22,511 nucleotides of DNA, taken from positions 1 to 22,511 of the forward strand of contig NW_021836985.1 in NCBI RefSeq assembly GCF_006345805.1. Reading direction: 5' to 3'. A program made the translations under genes and the position numbers. How positions within the stretch are numbered: position 1 is the stretch's first letter; the number at the start of each line of letters is the position of its first letter. Below the pieces are notes generated by a model. The model saw nothing but the letters and a program-made list of their open reading frames with translations, had not been told where the DNA came from and made no database searches. Shown here in pieces: positions 1-9,566 of the stretch. The stretch comes from Octopus sinensis (taxonomy: Eukaryota).

Positions 1-653
1 TCGGCAGAGAAAAGCTGGACCTAAGAAGCATCAGTTGTGGTGTGCAAGAGAGACGTTTGCGCTATATGGTCATGTAGCGAGAATGGATGAAGATAGTTGT
101 GTGAAAAAGTGCCACACCCTAGCGGTTTGAGGGAACCTGCGGAAGAGGCAGACCAGGAAACCTGGGACGAGGTGGTGAAGCACGACCTTCGAACTTTAGG
201 TCTCACTGAGGAATGACTAGAGACCGAGACCTCTGGAAGTGTGCTGTGCGCGAGAAGACCCGGCGGACAAGTGAGTCCCATACCCGTGGCCTTCTACATG
301 GGATGGAGCCAGCCTACGTATGCATACCTTCCCTTCTTGGGACACAAAACTCTACTTGTGAAGACCTGCTGAGGCAAGTGAGGATCAGAATCGAAATCGA
401 TCAATGGAAATTGCAGATGTGTTACCAGTGCCGGTGGCATGTAAGAGAACCTTCCGTTTCGCGACCGTTGCCAGCGCCGCCGCAACTGGCCTCGTGCCGG
501 TGGCACGTAAAAAGCACCATCCGTTCGTGTCCGTTGCCAGCCTCGCCTGGCCCTCGTGCCGGTGGCACATAAAAAGCACCGTCCGTTCGTGGCCGTTTGC
601 CAGCTCTGTCTGGCACCTGTGCGGGTGGCACGTAAAAAGCACCCACTACACTC
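1..653 (+). mobile_element. 3' end of an RTE-clade LINE (ORF2 C-terminus plus structured 3' UTR), truncated at ~653
   Basis: Manual translation across frameshifts gives REKLDLRSISCGVQERRLRxYGHVARMDEDSCVKKCHTLAVEGTCGRGRPxKTWDEVVKHDLRTLGLTEEMTRDRDLWKCAVREKTR. The RRLRW(Y/F)GHV.RM...GRP.KTW motif is typical of the RTE ORF2 C-terminus. The reading ends near 274 and is followed by a repeat-containing UTR. Confidence 0.85.
428..643 (+). repeat. Tandem array of four ~62-66 bp units, each with a GTGCCGGTGGCACGTAAAAAGCACC-like core, in the RTE 3' UTR
   Basis: Cores at 428-451, 494-518, 556-580 and 619-643. The intervening segments are homologous to each other (TCCGTT..CCGTTGCCAG..CTGGC). Confidence 0.9.
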
Positions 654-725
654 ATTGTATGATTTGCCTAATAGTGGTTTTATCTCTAATTTAATATAAT
701 ATGTATATATATATATATATATATA

Positions 726-954
726 TGTATGTTTGTTTGTGTGTCTGTGTTTGTCCCCCTAGCATTGCTTGACAACCGATGCTGGTGTGTTTATGTCCCC
801 GTTACTTAGCGGCACGGCAAAAGAGACCGATAGAAAAAGTACTGGGCTTACAAAGAATAAGTCCCGGGGTCGAGTTGCTCGATCAAAGGTGGTGCTTCAG
901 CATGGCCACAGTCAAATGACTGAAACAAGTAAAAGAGTAAAAGAGTAAACAGTA
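726..954 (+). mobile_element. 3' half of a tRNA-derived SINE (same family as 5392-5781), with an (AGTAAAAG)n tail
   Basis: The body is near-identical to the reverse complement of 5410-5600 (GTCCCCCTAGCATTGCTTGACAACCGATGCTGGTGTG...CAGCATGGCC.CAGTCAAATGACTGAAAC). The simple-repeat tail lies at 929-954. Confidence 0.85.
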
Positions 955-989
955 TATATATATATATATAATATATATATATATATATA

Positions 990-1025
<36 letters not shown>

Positions 1026-1641
1026 TATATGTATGTATATGTATATATATATAATATGTATATGTATATATATGTATGTATATATATATGTATATATCAC
1101 ACACATATATATACATATATATCATATATATACATATTATATGCATATATATATATACATATACATATATTTATATTATACATATATATATATATACATA
1201 TCATATATTTATATATATACATATATATTATACATATATATATATACATATATATACATATATATATCTATATATATATATATACATATGTATATATATA
1301 CATATATATACATATATATATACATATATATATACTATATATATCATATACATATACATATATATATATATACTTATATATATATAAACATATACATATA
1401 TACATATATATATACATATATATATATACATATATATATACCTATATATATATATACATATATATATATATACATATACATATATATATACATATATATA
1501 TACATATATATACATATATATACATATACATATATTTACATATATATACATATTTATATATAAACATATACATATACATATACATACATATATATAATAT
1601 ATATATATTTATATATATATATATATACATACATATATACA
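952..1641. repeat. Long (TA)n/(TACA)n compound microsatellite
   Basis: Directly visible. It generates all the Y/I-repeat ORFs in the ORF track. Confidence 0.98.
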
Positions 1642-1644
1642 TGT

Positions 1645-1716
1645 GGAGGCGCAATAGCCCTGTGGTTAGGGCTGCGGACTCGCGGTCGTTGGATCGCAGT
1701 TTCGATTCCCAGACGG
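1645..1716 (+). mobile_element. Isolated tRNA-derived SINE head (second family), body missing
   Basis: GGAGGCGCAATAGCCCTGTGGTTAGGGCTGCGGACTCGCGGTCGTTGGATCGCAGTTTCGATTCCCAG has an A-box-like TAGCCCTGTGG and a B-box-like GTTTCGATTCC at tRNA spacing. No acceptor stem closes it. Confidence 0.7.
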
Positions 1717-2259
1717 AAGGTTTGCCTAAATTGACAAAATAATCTACTAAAGTAGCAAAACTCATAAAATCTACTAAAATACATTAATTAAAAATATATT
1801 AATTAAATACGTAATATAGTTCGCTTGAAGCCAAATATAATACAGTAAAGTTAGTTAGGCATGCTAGATCCTTCGCCGGAAAAGCACGTGGTGGCAAGTC
1901 TTTAATTTATCTCCAGCCAAATGTAAGAAGAAAAAACAATTGTTTTCTTTTCTGTTTTTTGAAAGAAAACTTCTTCGTACAAGCTCGAGGGTTTGGATTG
2001 TACCTTTTACGATAAGTATCGCTTCCAGTTGTTTGTTTATTAATCTTTTATTTTCTTTTAATATAAGCTAACATCTCAGTTACGATTTACGACGCCATCT
2101 TTGTTTACATTCTGAGAATAAGTTTCTTTCAATTTCTGTTTCGCTTTCAATCTACCTTTAATTGAATCTCTATAAAACCAATATTTAAAAATTCTTTTCA
2201 TATGTTTATTTTCCTGTAATTAGTTTAGAATTAAATAATTCCTTCATTTCCTCATTATC

Positions 2260-2880
2260 TTCTACCTCCTCTCTCCTCCCTTACATATATTCCCCCACTT
2301 CCAGCTCCTTTCTCCCTTACTTTATCTCTCTTTACGCTTACCCTTTCCCTCTCTTTTGCATATCTTACTACTTTTCTCACCTCTCCTCCTCCCTTTCATA
2401 TCCTCCTCTTCTCTCATTTCTCTTACCTTTCCATCTCACATCTACCTCTCCTCTCGTCACCTCACCCTCTCTCTCATATACTTCTCATTCGCCCATTGTT
2501 CTCACTCCATCTCTCCCTCTCTCTCACATCCTTCATCCTGTCTCTCCTTCACTCTGTCTCTCTTTCTCTTGCTATCTTCTCCCTCCCCCTGTTTTCTCTT
2601 TCTCTTCCACTCCTCTCCTTCACTCTGCCTCTCTTTCTCTTCCCCTCTTCTCCTTCACTCTGTCTCTCCTTCTATTTCTCCCTCTCCCCTCCCCTACCTT
2701 CCTCTATCTCTTTAACATACCACACCCCCTTGCTTTCCTTCTATCACCTTCTCGATTTCTTTCATAGCACCTCTCTCTTTCCTTCCTATCTCCCTCTCTC
2801 TTTCCCTATTTCCCCCTCTGTGTTTCTCCGTCTCTACCTCTCTCTATCCCTCATTAGCTCTGTAGCCTCTACACCCCCTC
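2260..2880 (+). repeat. ~620 bp CT-rich polypyrimidine tract immediately upstream of the LINE ORF1 ATG
   Basis: Almost purine-free degenerate (CT)n on the + strand, ending about 18 bp before ATG 2898. Confidence 0.9.
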
Positions 2881-2897
2881 TGGACCTCAAAACGAAG

Positions 2898-3753
2898 ATG
2901 GCACCAAAGTGAGAAAAGAAAGAGTTAAATTTTCTGCTGAGAGCATGGACGATTGCTAGTGGCGATCCGCCGAACAACATCATCACTGCTGCGCTAAAGA
3001 ACAATGGATTTCATAGAACCATTGACCAAATAGAACGAAAAAAAGGTGAATTTATCCGGTCTTACATGCTTATAAGACCTCACATCAAAACATTGGACAA
3101 CATAATTGAAAATTATTGTGGCAAGGTTGATGAGGATGAAGAGGCGAAAAAGAGAAGGAAGCCGGAAGTCTCTGTGATCCAGGGGTTCCTCAGGAAAATG
3201 GATCACCTACCCCGGTAAACAACCAGGTAGTGAAGGATAGGGGAGCCAAGGGAGCAGAAACCGGAAGCCCCCCTGTACCAGGGTGCTAAAAAGAAATGAA
3301 AAGTTAGAAAAACAGAAGAAAAAAGGAAGGACTGAAAACAAAAATAAGGAGGGAAAAGGAGGAAAAGGCAAAACAACCAAAGCTGAAACCCCAACCCCCG
3401 ACACAAACAGCAGAGAACCCCATGGAGGATCCAATGCCACCCAGTACACTTCAGGTAAGAAGAAATCTGGAAGGCACCGAAGAACCTGTAAATTCTACCT
3501 GCGGGGCAAATGTTGGCATTCTGAGGAAGGCAAAAACTGCCGGTTCGCCCACCTGACACCCCGCCAGAACTTCAGGGGACTCAAAGAGAAGAGCTTTTCT
3601 GAGGGAACACAAGAAATGTCTTCCAGGAAAACTTTCAAAAACGAAGTGCGCTTCTCAGATGTTCTGCGCAACGCAGCAGCTGAGCAAGAGTCTTTTTTAT
3701 GCATGGCGCAAAGAATTGTCCGGCAGCTAACCTGGCTACACCAAACACAGTGA
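2898..3753 (+). pseudogene. Degenerate LINE ORF1: N-terminal Myb/SANT-like segment, K/E-rich linker, CCCH zinc finger
   Basis: From ATG 2898: MAPK*EKKELNFLLRAWTIASGDPPNNIITAALKNNGFHRTIDQIERKKGEFIRSY. After stops and a frameshift near 3220-3280 comes CKFYLRGKCWHSEEGKNCRFAH (C-x7-C-x8-C-x3-H, 3487-3552). It lies directly upstream of an APE-encoding ORF2. Confidence 0.75.
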
Positions 3754-3802
3754 AGGAACCCTGCCCACCACTATGAAAGACCACCACAGTCAACAGACAC
3801 GG

Positions 3803-4890
3803 GATAGCCTCCCCTAAAGCCCGCACAGCCGTCACCCCAATACTTTTACTAAATATTGGGGGCCTGTTGCATTAAAATAGAAACAAAATTTCTTTCCTGA
3901 GAGATCTTATGCATAGCACTTGTGGAAACTCACCTCAACCCTGATATAGAGGACGCAGAAGTACACATACCAAACTATGCCATACTGCGAACAGACAGAA
4001 GGGAAAGGAGCCATGGTGGAGTTGCTGTATACATCCGAGATGACCTCACACCCCAGGTCTTAATGACATACTCAAATTCAATATGTGACACTTTAATTGT
4101 ATACATAAGACAACATAATATAGTCATATGCAATAAATATTGCCCACCGGATGCCCCAAATCACAGGCAAGTTTGAAGATTGCCTCACAAGAATTTAAGA
4201 AATCCTCATGAATCTGGAATACGACGTGACCATATTTCTTATTGGTGATTTCAACTTCCCCAACGTCAAATGGCCCAAAGGTCACATACTCTCAGGAATG
4301 AATCATTGTATGCAAGTAAAGGTGGAGTCCCTGCTCAACATCACCAATGCCTTATTCATGGAGCAAGTTGTACTCAAGCCAACTAGGGTGAATAACATTC
4401 TGGATCTCTGCTTCACGAACAATATGGACATCATTCATGATGTGAAAGTGACACCGACATTAGTCTCGGATCACAACATAATAGAGCTGTCTATGTTTGG
4501 GCCAACAGTAACCCGAAAGGAAGCACCCGAAATCTTTCCAATCTGAACTTCCACAAAGCAGATTGGAAATCGATCCAAAAAGAGATCCTCAGAGAGGACT
4601 GGCCGGAATGTCTCTCCACACCAGACATTGACATGAAACTAGAATGTTTCATCTCTTCTGTGCAAGCCGTATGCCAGAATGTGTCCCAAAGCACAAGGCC
4701 AAAACAAATGGGAGCAAGATTCCAAGAGACAGGAAGATCCTCATGAGACGACGGACGAAGGTTGCAAATCGTCTCAACCAACATCCCAAAAGTAGCAACG
4801 TCCCGCCTAAAAACAACACTGATGAAGATCGAAAAAAGGCTGCAACAATCCTATGTGAAGGAGAAAGCAGACAAAGAAGCCTGGGTTATA
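3803..4890 (+). pseudogene. CR1/L2(Jockey-group)-type LINE ORF2 N-terminus: APE endonuclease plus linker, frameshifted
   Basis: APE motifs in order: LLNIGGL; CIALVETHLNP; TDRRERSHGGVAVYIR; IGDFNFPNVKW; PTRVNNILDLCFTN; VSDHNII. Then LNFHKADWKSI and the linker up to KEAWVI at ~4890. Confidence 0.92.
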
Positions 4891-5349
4891 AATTGGAAAT
4901 ATATATATGAGTTTATCCAGTTTGATATTTCCAATTTTTACTCATCTATCAATCCAATAGTACTTAATAAGGCACTTTGGCTTGCTCATAACAAAGCTGG
5001 TCTCGCCCGAGAAGAAATTAATGTTGTGTTGGCAGCCAGAAGATCTATTATTAAATTTGATAATAAGTTGTGGGTCCGTAAAGACACACCAGATAGTTTC
5101 GATATACCAATGGGAAGTTCTGATTCAACACAGATAGCTGATTTGGTCTGTATATATATATACTTTTTGAAATGGCAGAAGAGTTCCCTAACATTTATGG
5201 AGGTCTATATCGTGATGATTGTTTACTTTGCCTCCAAAATGTTTCCAACCAAAAGGTACAAAAAGTTAAGAATAATTTAGTTAATTTTTTCAGTAGAATG
5301 GGCTTAAAAATCGTTTTTGATGACGATATGACGATATATATGGATAAAC
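4891..5349 (+). pseudogene. Penelope-like element (PLE) reverse transcriptase core fragment, YRDD type
   Basis: FIQFDISNFYSSI (motif A), FDIPMGSSDSTQIADLV (motif B) and GGLYRDDCLL (YRDD at 5208-5219). One frameshift comes from an (AT) expansion at ~5150. These motifs match PLE RTs rather than the CR1-type FADD/YADD RT. Confidence 0.8.
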
Positions 5350-5380
5350 GATGACGATATGACGATATATATGGATAAAC
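5319..5380 (+). repeat. Exact 31-bp tandem duplication
   Basis: GATGACGATATGACGATATATATGGATAAAC at 5319-5349 and 5350-5380. Confidence 0.95.
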
Positions 5381-5391
5381 TCATATATATA

Positions 5392-5779
5392 TCTCTCTTT
5401 CTCTCTTTTCTCTTTTACTTGTTTCAGTCATTTGACTGCGGCCATGCTGGAGCACCGCCTTTAGTCGAGCCCAGTACTTATTCTATTGTAAGCCAGTACT
5501 TATTCTATCGGTCTCTTTGCCGAACCGCTAAGTGACGGGGACGTAACACACCAGCATCGGTTGTCAAGCAATGCTAGGGGGACAAACACAGACACACAAA
5601 CCAACACATATATATATATACGACAGGCTTCTTTCAGTTTCCGTCTACCAAATCCACTCACAAGGCATTGGTCGCCCGAGGCTATAGCAGAAAACACTTG
5701 CCCAAGATGCCACGCAGTGGAACTGAACCGGAACCATGTGGTTGGTTAGCAAGCTACTTACCACACAGCCATTCCTGCG

Positions 5780-5781
<2 letters not shown>
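5392..5781 (-). mobile_element. Essentially full-length tRNA-derived SINE with internal (AT/GT) microsatellite and purine-rich tail
   Basis: Minus-strand head GGCGCAGGAATGGCTGTGTGGTAAGTAGCTTGCT...GGTTCCGGTTCAGTTCCACTGCG (A and B boxes). The body matches 726-954 and the tail lies at 5392-5416. Confidence 0.9.
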
Positions 5782-5782
<1 letters not shown>

Positions 5783-5861
<79 letters not shown>

Positions 5862-5887
5862 TAATATATAATATATATATATATATA

Positions 5888-5924
<37 letters not shown>

Positions 5925-6173
5925 GTACCTATATTTAGATATACCTTCCTACATAGATAGAAGTGCATATATAGATATACACACATACATAGTCAGACTG
6001 TGTATATACATATTCGTACCTAATAGACAGACGTGTTTATATAAGTATACATACCTACATAAACGTCTTATATGTATGCATATAATTACTACATAGACAT
6101 TATGCATATAAGTACCTACATAGACAGTCGTGTATATATAGATATATCCATATCTACATATACAGGTGTGTGA

Positions 6174-6230
<57 letters not shown>

Positions 6231-6283
6231 TAACTACATAGACAGACGTATGTAAATAGATATACGTACATACATAGACATGC
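5783..6283. repeat. (TA)n tract, a degenerate TACCTACATAGACAGACGTG-like minisatellite, and a (GT)n tract (~6190-6226)
   Basis: Recurrent CTACATAGACAG/ACATAGATA/CGTGT motifs separated by TA runs. Confidence 0.75.
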
Positions 6284-6707
6284 TATGCAGATGGCACAAA
6301 AGTCTCAGACAATACAAAATTCTGGAAATATTGCACATCTGCAACGGGGGTTGGACGCAATATATAGGTGGGCTGAGGACAACAATATGCAGCTTAATGT
6401 AGGAAAATTCCAGGCCCCACGCTACCAACACACAAAGCTAAACGACATGCAGACTGGATACACTGGCCCACGAAGAACTGGAAACCCTGAATCAAAATCG
6501 GTGCGTGACCTGGGCATTGATATGAGCAATGATGCATCTTTCCAAATGCATATTATTAATTTGGTAATAAAATGCAGACGGCTGGCTGGCTGGATCCTCC
6601 GAACTTTCAAAACAAGAGAAAAGGAGACATTCATGATCCTTTGGCGGTCATACGTTCTCATTCGCTTAGAATATTGCTCCCAACTATGGTCACCACACAA
6701 TAAAAAA
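6284..6707 (+). pseudogene. CR1/L2-type LINE RT, from the catalytic motif through the thumb, 3'-truncated
   Basis: TATGCAGATGGCACAAAAGTC at 6284 reads YADGTKV (a decayed YADDTKV). After a frameshift: LQRGLDAIYRWAEDNNMQLNVGKF...VRDLGI..SNDASF..HI...K...GWILRTF..R.....LW..YV...LEYCSQLWSP. Confidence 0.9.
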
Positions 6708-7429
6708 TCCAATCCTTCTAAACCCAATCCTTCTTTTACAGAGTTTCACCGTTTCAATGAAAATTTCTCCCACTGATGTTTTTTCCAAATAAGTTAATTT
6801 GTCACCTGTTCACATAATTATACACGCCTCAGTTTACCTTGTTGTCAGGAATTTTTCAGAATGTTACTTGAAATATAATGACTTCTTATCCAGAAAAATA
6901 AATAACGAAGTGTTAATAAACTTAAAATGATGAGCATGGCATCTATTACCGAGGAGACAGCTCAAATGCTTAAAATAAGTTCATGCAATATTTTCTGAAG
7001 GGTTGTATTTTATTTTTTTTAAAAATCTGAATTTCAGTAAGACAGTTCCCGTAATAAAATTTAATAAAAGTTTATAAAGCAAAGAGAATGGTATTCACTA
7101 TTTCAAATTAAGTTGAATAATTCCTTTCACCATAACTTTTATTTTATTTAATGGTTTAATAAAATTAAGCTATGGTAAGGGTGTCGGCAAAACGTAGGTG
7201 TGGGTTCTGTACATTTATGAACAACTGTTTAAAGGCTCCACAACAAAATAACCTTGAGTTGACTCATCGGGGTTACAATTAATTACCATAAAAAATAAAT
7301 AATGTGATGACGAGAACGGGTAATAGTCTGATATTGTAGTAGACATGGAGAACCCTGCAAATATGGTTTTGTAGATATCAGAATAGTAGGGTAATAATGT
7401 ACGTGTCTGTAAAAGTAAACGGCAATGAT

Positions 7430-7495
7430 GAGGCTTGTCTGTGTGGTAGGAACTTTGCCTCTCAACCATATAGTTCCGGGTTCATTCCCACTGCA
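7430..7495 (+). mobile_element. Decayed tRNA-derived SINE head (family of 5392-5781)
   Basis: GTCTGTGTGGTAGGAACTTTGCCTCTCAACCATATAGTTCCGGGTTCATTCCCACTGC aligns by eye to the head at 5781-5710. Confidence 0.7.
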
Positions 7496-8478
7496 TAACT
7501 TAGAAGGGGTCCAATTGACAAAATATATTAAATGTGTAACTCAGATAAAAAAGCTTCAAAAAGGAGGTGAGGTGATATAAAAAAATATTGCGATTAAAAG
7601 AAATAAAATGACACTTGTTAAGAAAGAAAAAAAAGCTTAAAAGGGGAGATGTTGTGGGGATAATAGTAATAATAGTACATCCCTCCCACGTGACAAGTGG
7701 TATGTACTAGTCATTATAAATAACGTGATGTGGGAGGGAGGGAGTGAGAGAGAGAGTACGAAGTAGTCGGTCATAGATAGTTAGACAAGTAAGACCACGG
7801 CTAACTCTACTGTTGATACAATTTTTGCAAGGTAGTGAACAGTTGTGAAAAATATTTATTTTTCAAAGTCAAAAATGCCGTAAATATTATTCGCTGTGTC
7901 CCACTCACCCCTAATGAAAACTGGAAAAACAGACTTTCGGAAATAGCTTTTTGAATTGACCTGTTTCTATCAGGATTTTTACCCCCACTTTCTTTCACGC
8001 ATTACAAAACAATGAAGGGAAGCTGTTTTAAAAGAAGAAGAATCCATGTCTTTTAAATGTTGGTGTCTCTACCCCCACCCCACCCCACACATATCATGCG
8101 TTTTGAAGAGCAACAATCACAAAAATGATTTCTTTTTTCGTAATCTTCTGTCATGTTATTTTATTCCACATTCTGAAACATTTATAATTCACATTAAAAG
8201 AACAAAAATCTTACTCCTTCTTCGCTACTTCTTGTACTTTTCACAATAAAGAAAAGTCAAATAACGCGAGTGAATGTGTGGAAAACGAAATTTCAGTTTT
8301 GAAAAGAGTATCTTAAAGCGACATTTTCAGTCATTATTTAAACTTTCTCTGCTAATTCATCAAATTAAATTACATGAAATAGATGACTTTTGAGATTTAA
8401 ATTTGGTAATTTTCTAAGATTTTACTTCTTGTGTATAAGGGGCTCACCAAACTTGAAGTGCCGTGGGCCTCCTACGGT

Positions 8479-9165
8479 TTAAATCCGGTTTTGTTCACTG
8501 CCGTGTAGTTTATGATGTTTCTCCGAGCCAAATCTCACTTCGATACTCCTAATTTTTTTAAAACCCTGGTTACATAAGACTGGGCGCAGGCATTTCCCCA
8601 CTTGCTGCTGTGTTACCAGTTCTACTTTTCTGATCTTTATATCAATCACTTTGAATACAATCGTCCGCAAATTTGTACTTTACTGGACAGATGCGGGTAC
8701 ATTTAGTTGGATATTTCTCCCAACTTTTCGTAACATATTTCTGGCACCTCTAAACTCGTTTTCATGCAGAAAAATCTCCTCACACGTTTTTCATGTAGCT
8801 GATGCGAACCCCGTACCTTTGGGGTTGGCATTTACGTCTTTTTCGTTAATTTGTTTTCCTTTAATAATAATTTTGTTGGTCGTTGCTGGTTTGCTGCTGT
8901 CACTGGTGGTGATGACGGCGGAGGTGACAACGTTCTCCCAGGTACTGTTGGTCTCTGCCTTCACCCCTGCTGTGATGGCGATGGCGGTATGGAAACAAAG
9001 GAAAGTTACTTTTATACTCTACTCTGCTCTGCTACTGTCGTTGTCGTTACCAATCTTGTGTAGCGTAGACGAGGTAGCTTGGCTAGCAGAAGCAGAAAGA
9101 CACTGATTCTTACCTGCGACCACCACTCTCTCTTGCTGTTTGTTAAGAGACGAGAGCTCCACCAT
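8479..9165 (-). pseudogene. 229-codon fossil reading frame, possibly ORF1 of an L1/Tx1-like LINE
   Basis: ATG at 9165 runs to TAA at 8479 in one frame with three internal stops (TAG, TGA, TAA). It has an S/T/A-rich N-terminus, then KGTGFASAT*KTCEEIFLHENEFRGARNMLRKVG...RTIVFKVIDIKIRKVELV...SIEVRFGSE. The identity is an impression only. Confidence 0.4.
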
Positions 9166-9566
9166 ATTTGGAAAAGGAATTTTCAAAAGGAAAACTTCCC
9201 TTTCGAAATTTCACCCCTTAGGGCAAACAACAAACGTTCCTGTTCAGACTCCTCTGGTCTTCCCAACAAAGGACACACAAAGTGTAAAAAAAAAAGAAAA
9301 TACAAAAACGAAGAAAAAAACCCAACAAATAATAAACTTTAACGAGGAAAATAAAGCTAAACTTGCTGGAGCGATGCGCAACACATGTCGAGACATGACA
9401 CCACCAAGGCAACACCAACATGCTCGATCTTTTTCGATTTTTTATTGCCCACAAGGGGCTAAATATAGAGGTTATACATTACAAAGACAATACAAAACAT
9501 AATCGGGGAAATAAAAATGCAAAAAGAAATCGAGTAAGGAAGAAAAAATAAAAAGAAACGAATGAA

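Noticed and set aside
428-643. CRISPR-like array (25-bp repeats with ~38-bp spacers)
   Set aside because: The spacers are homologous to each other, the context is a eukaryotic LINE 3' UTR, and there are no cas genes.
1645-1716. tRNA gene (likewise 5710-5781, 7430-7495, 11690-11739)
   Set aside because: Only A/B-box remnants are present, with no complete cloverleaf or acceptor stem. They are SINE heads.
883-1784. Long Y/I/H-repeat ORFs (also at 20022-22360)
   Set aside because: These are translations of (TA)n/(TACA)n microsatellites, which are open in several frames.
2356-2912. S/L/P-rich ORFs
   Set aside because: Products of the CT-rich tract. Only the last codons (MAPK) belong to the LINE ORF1.
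7215-7275. CCGATGAGTC...AAACAGTTGT on the minus strand as another hammerhead
   Set aside because: I could not form stem I or stem II, and GAAA is absent.
8651-9106. 151-aa hydrophobic ORF as a membrane protein
   Set aside because: It is the antisense shadow of the hydrophilic fossil frame on the minus strand (8479-9165).
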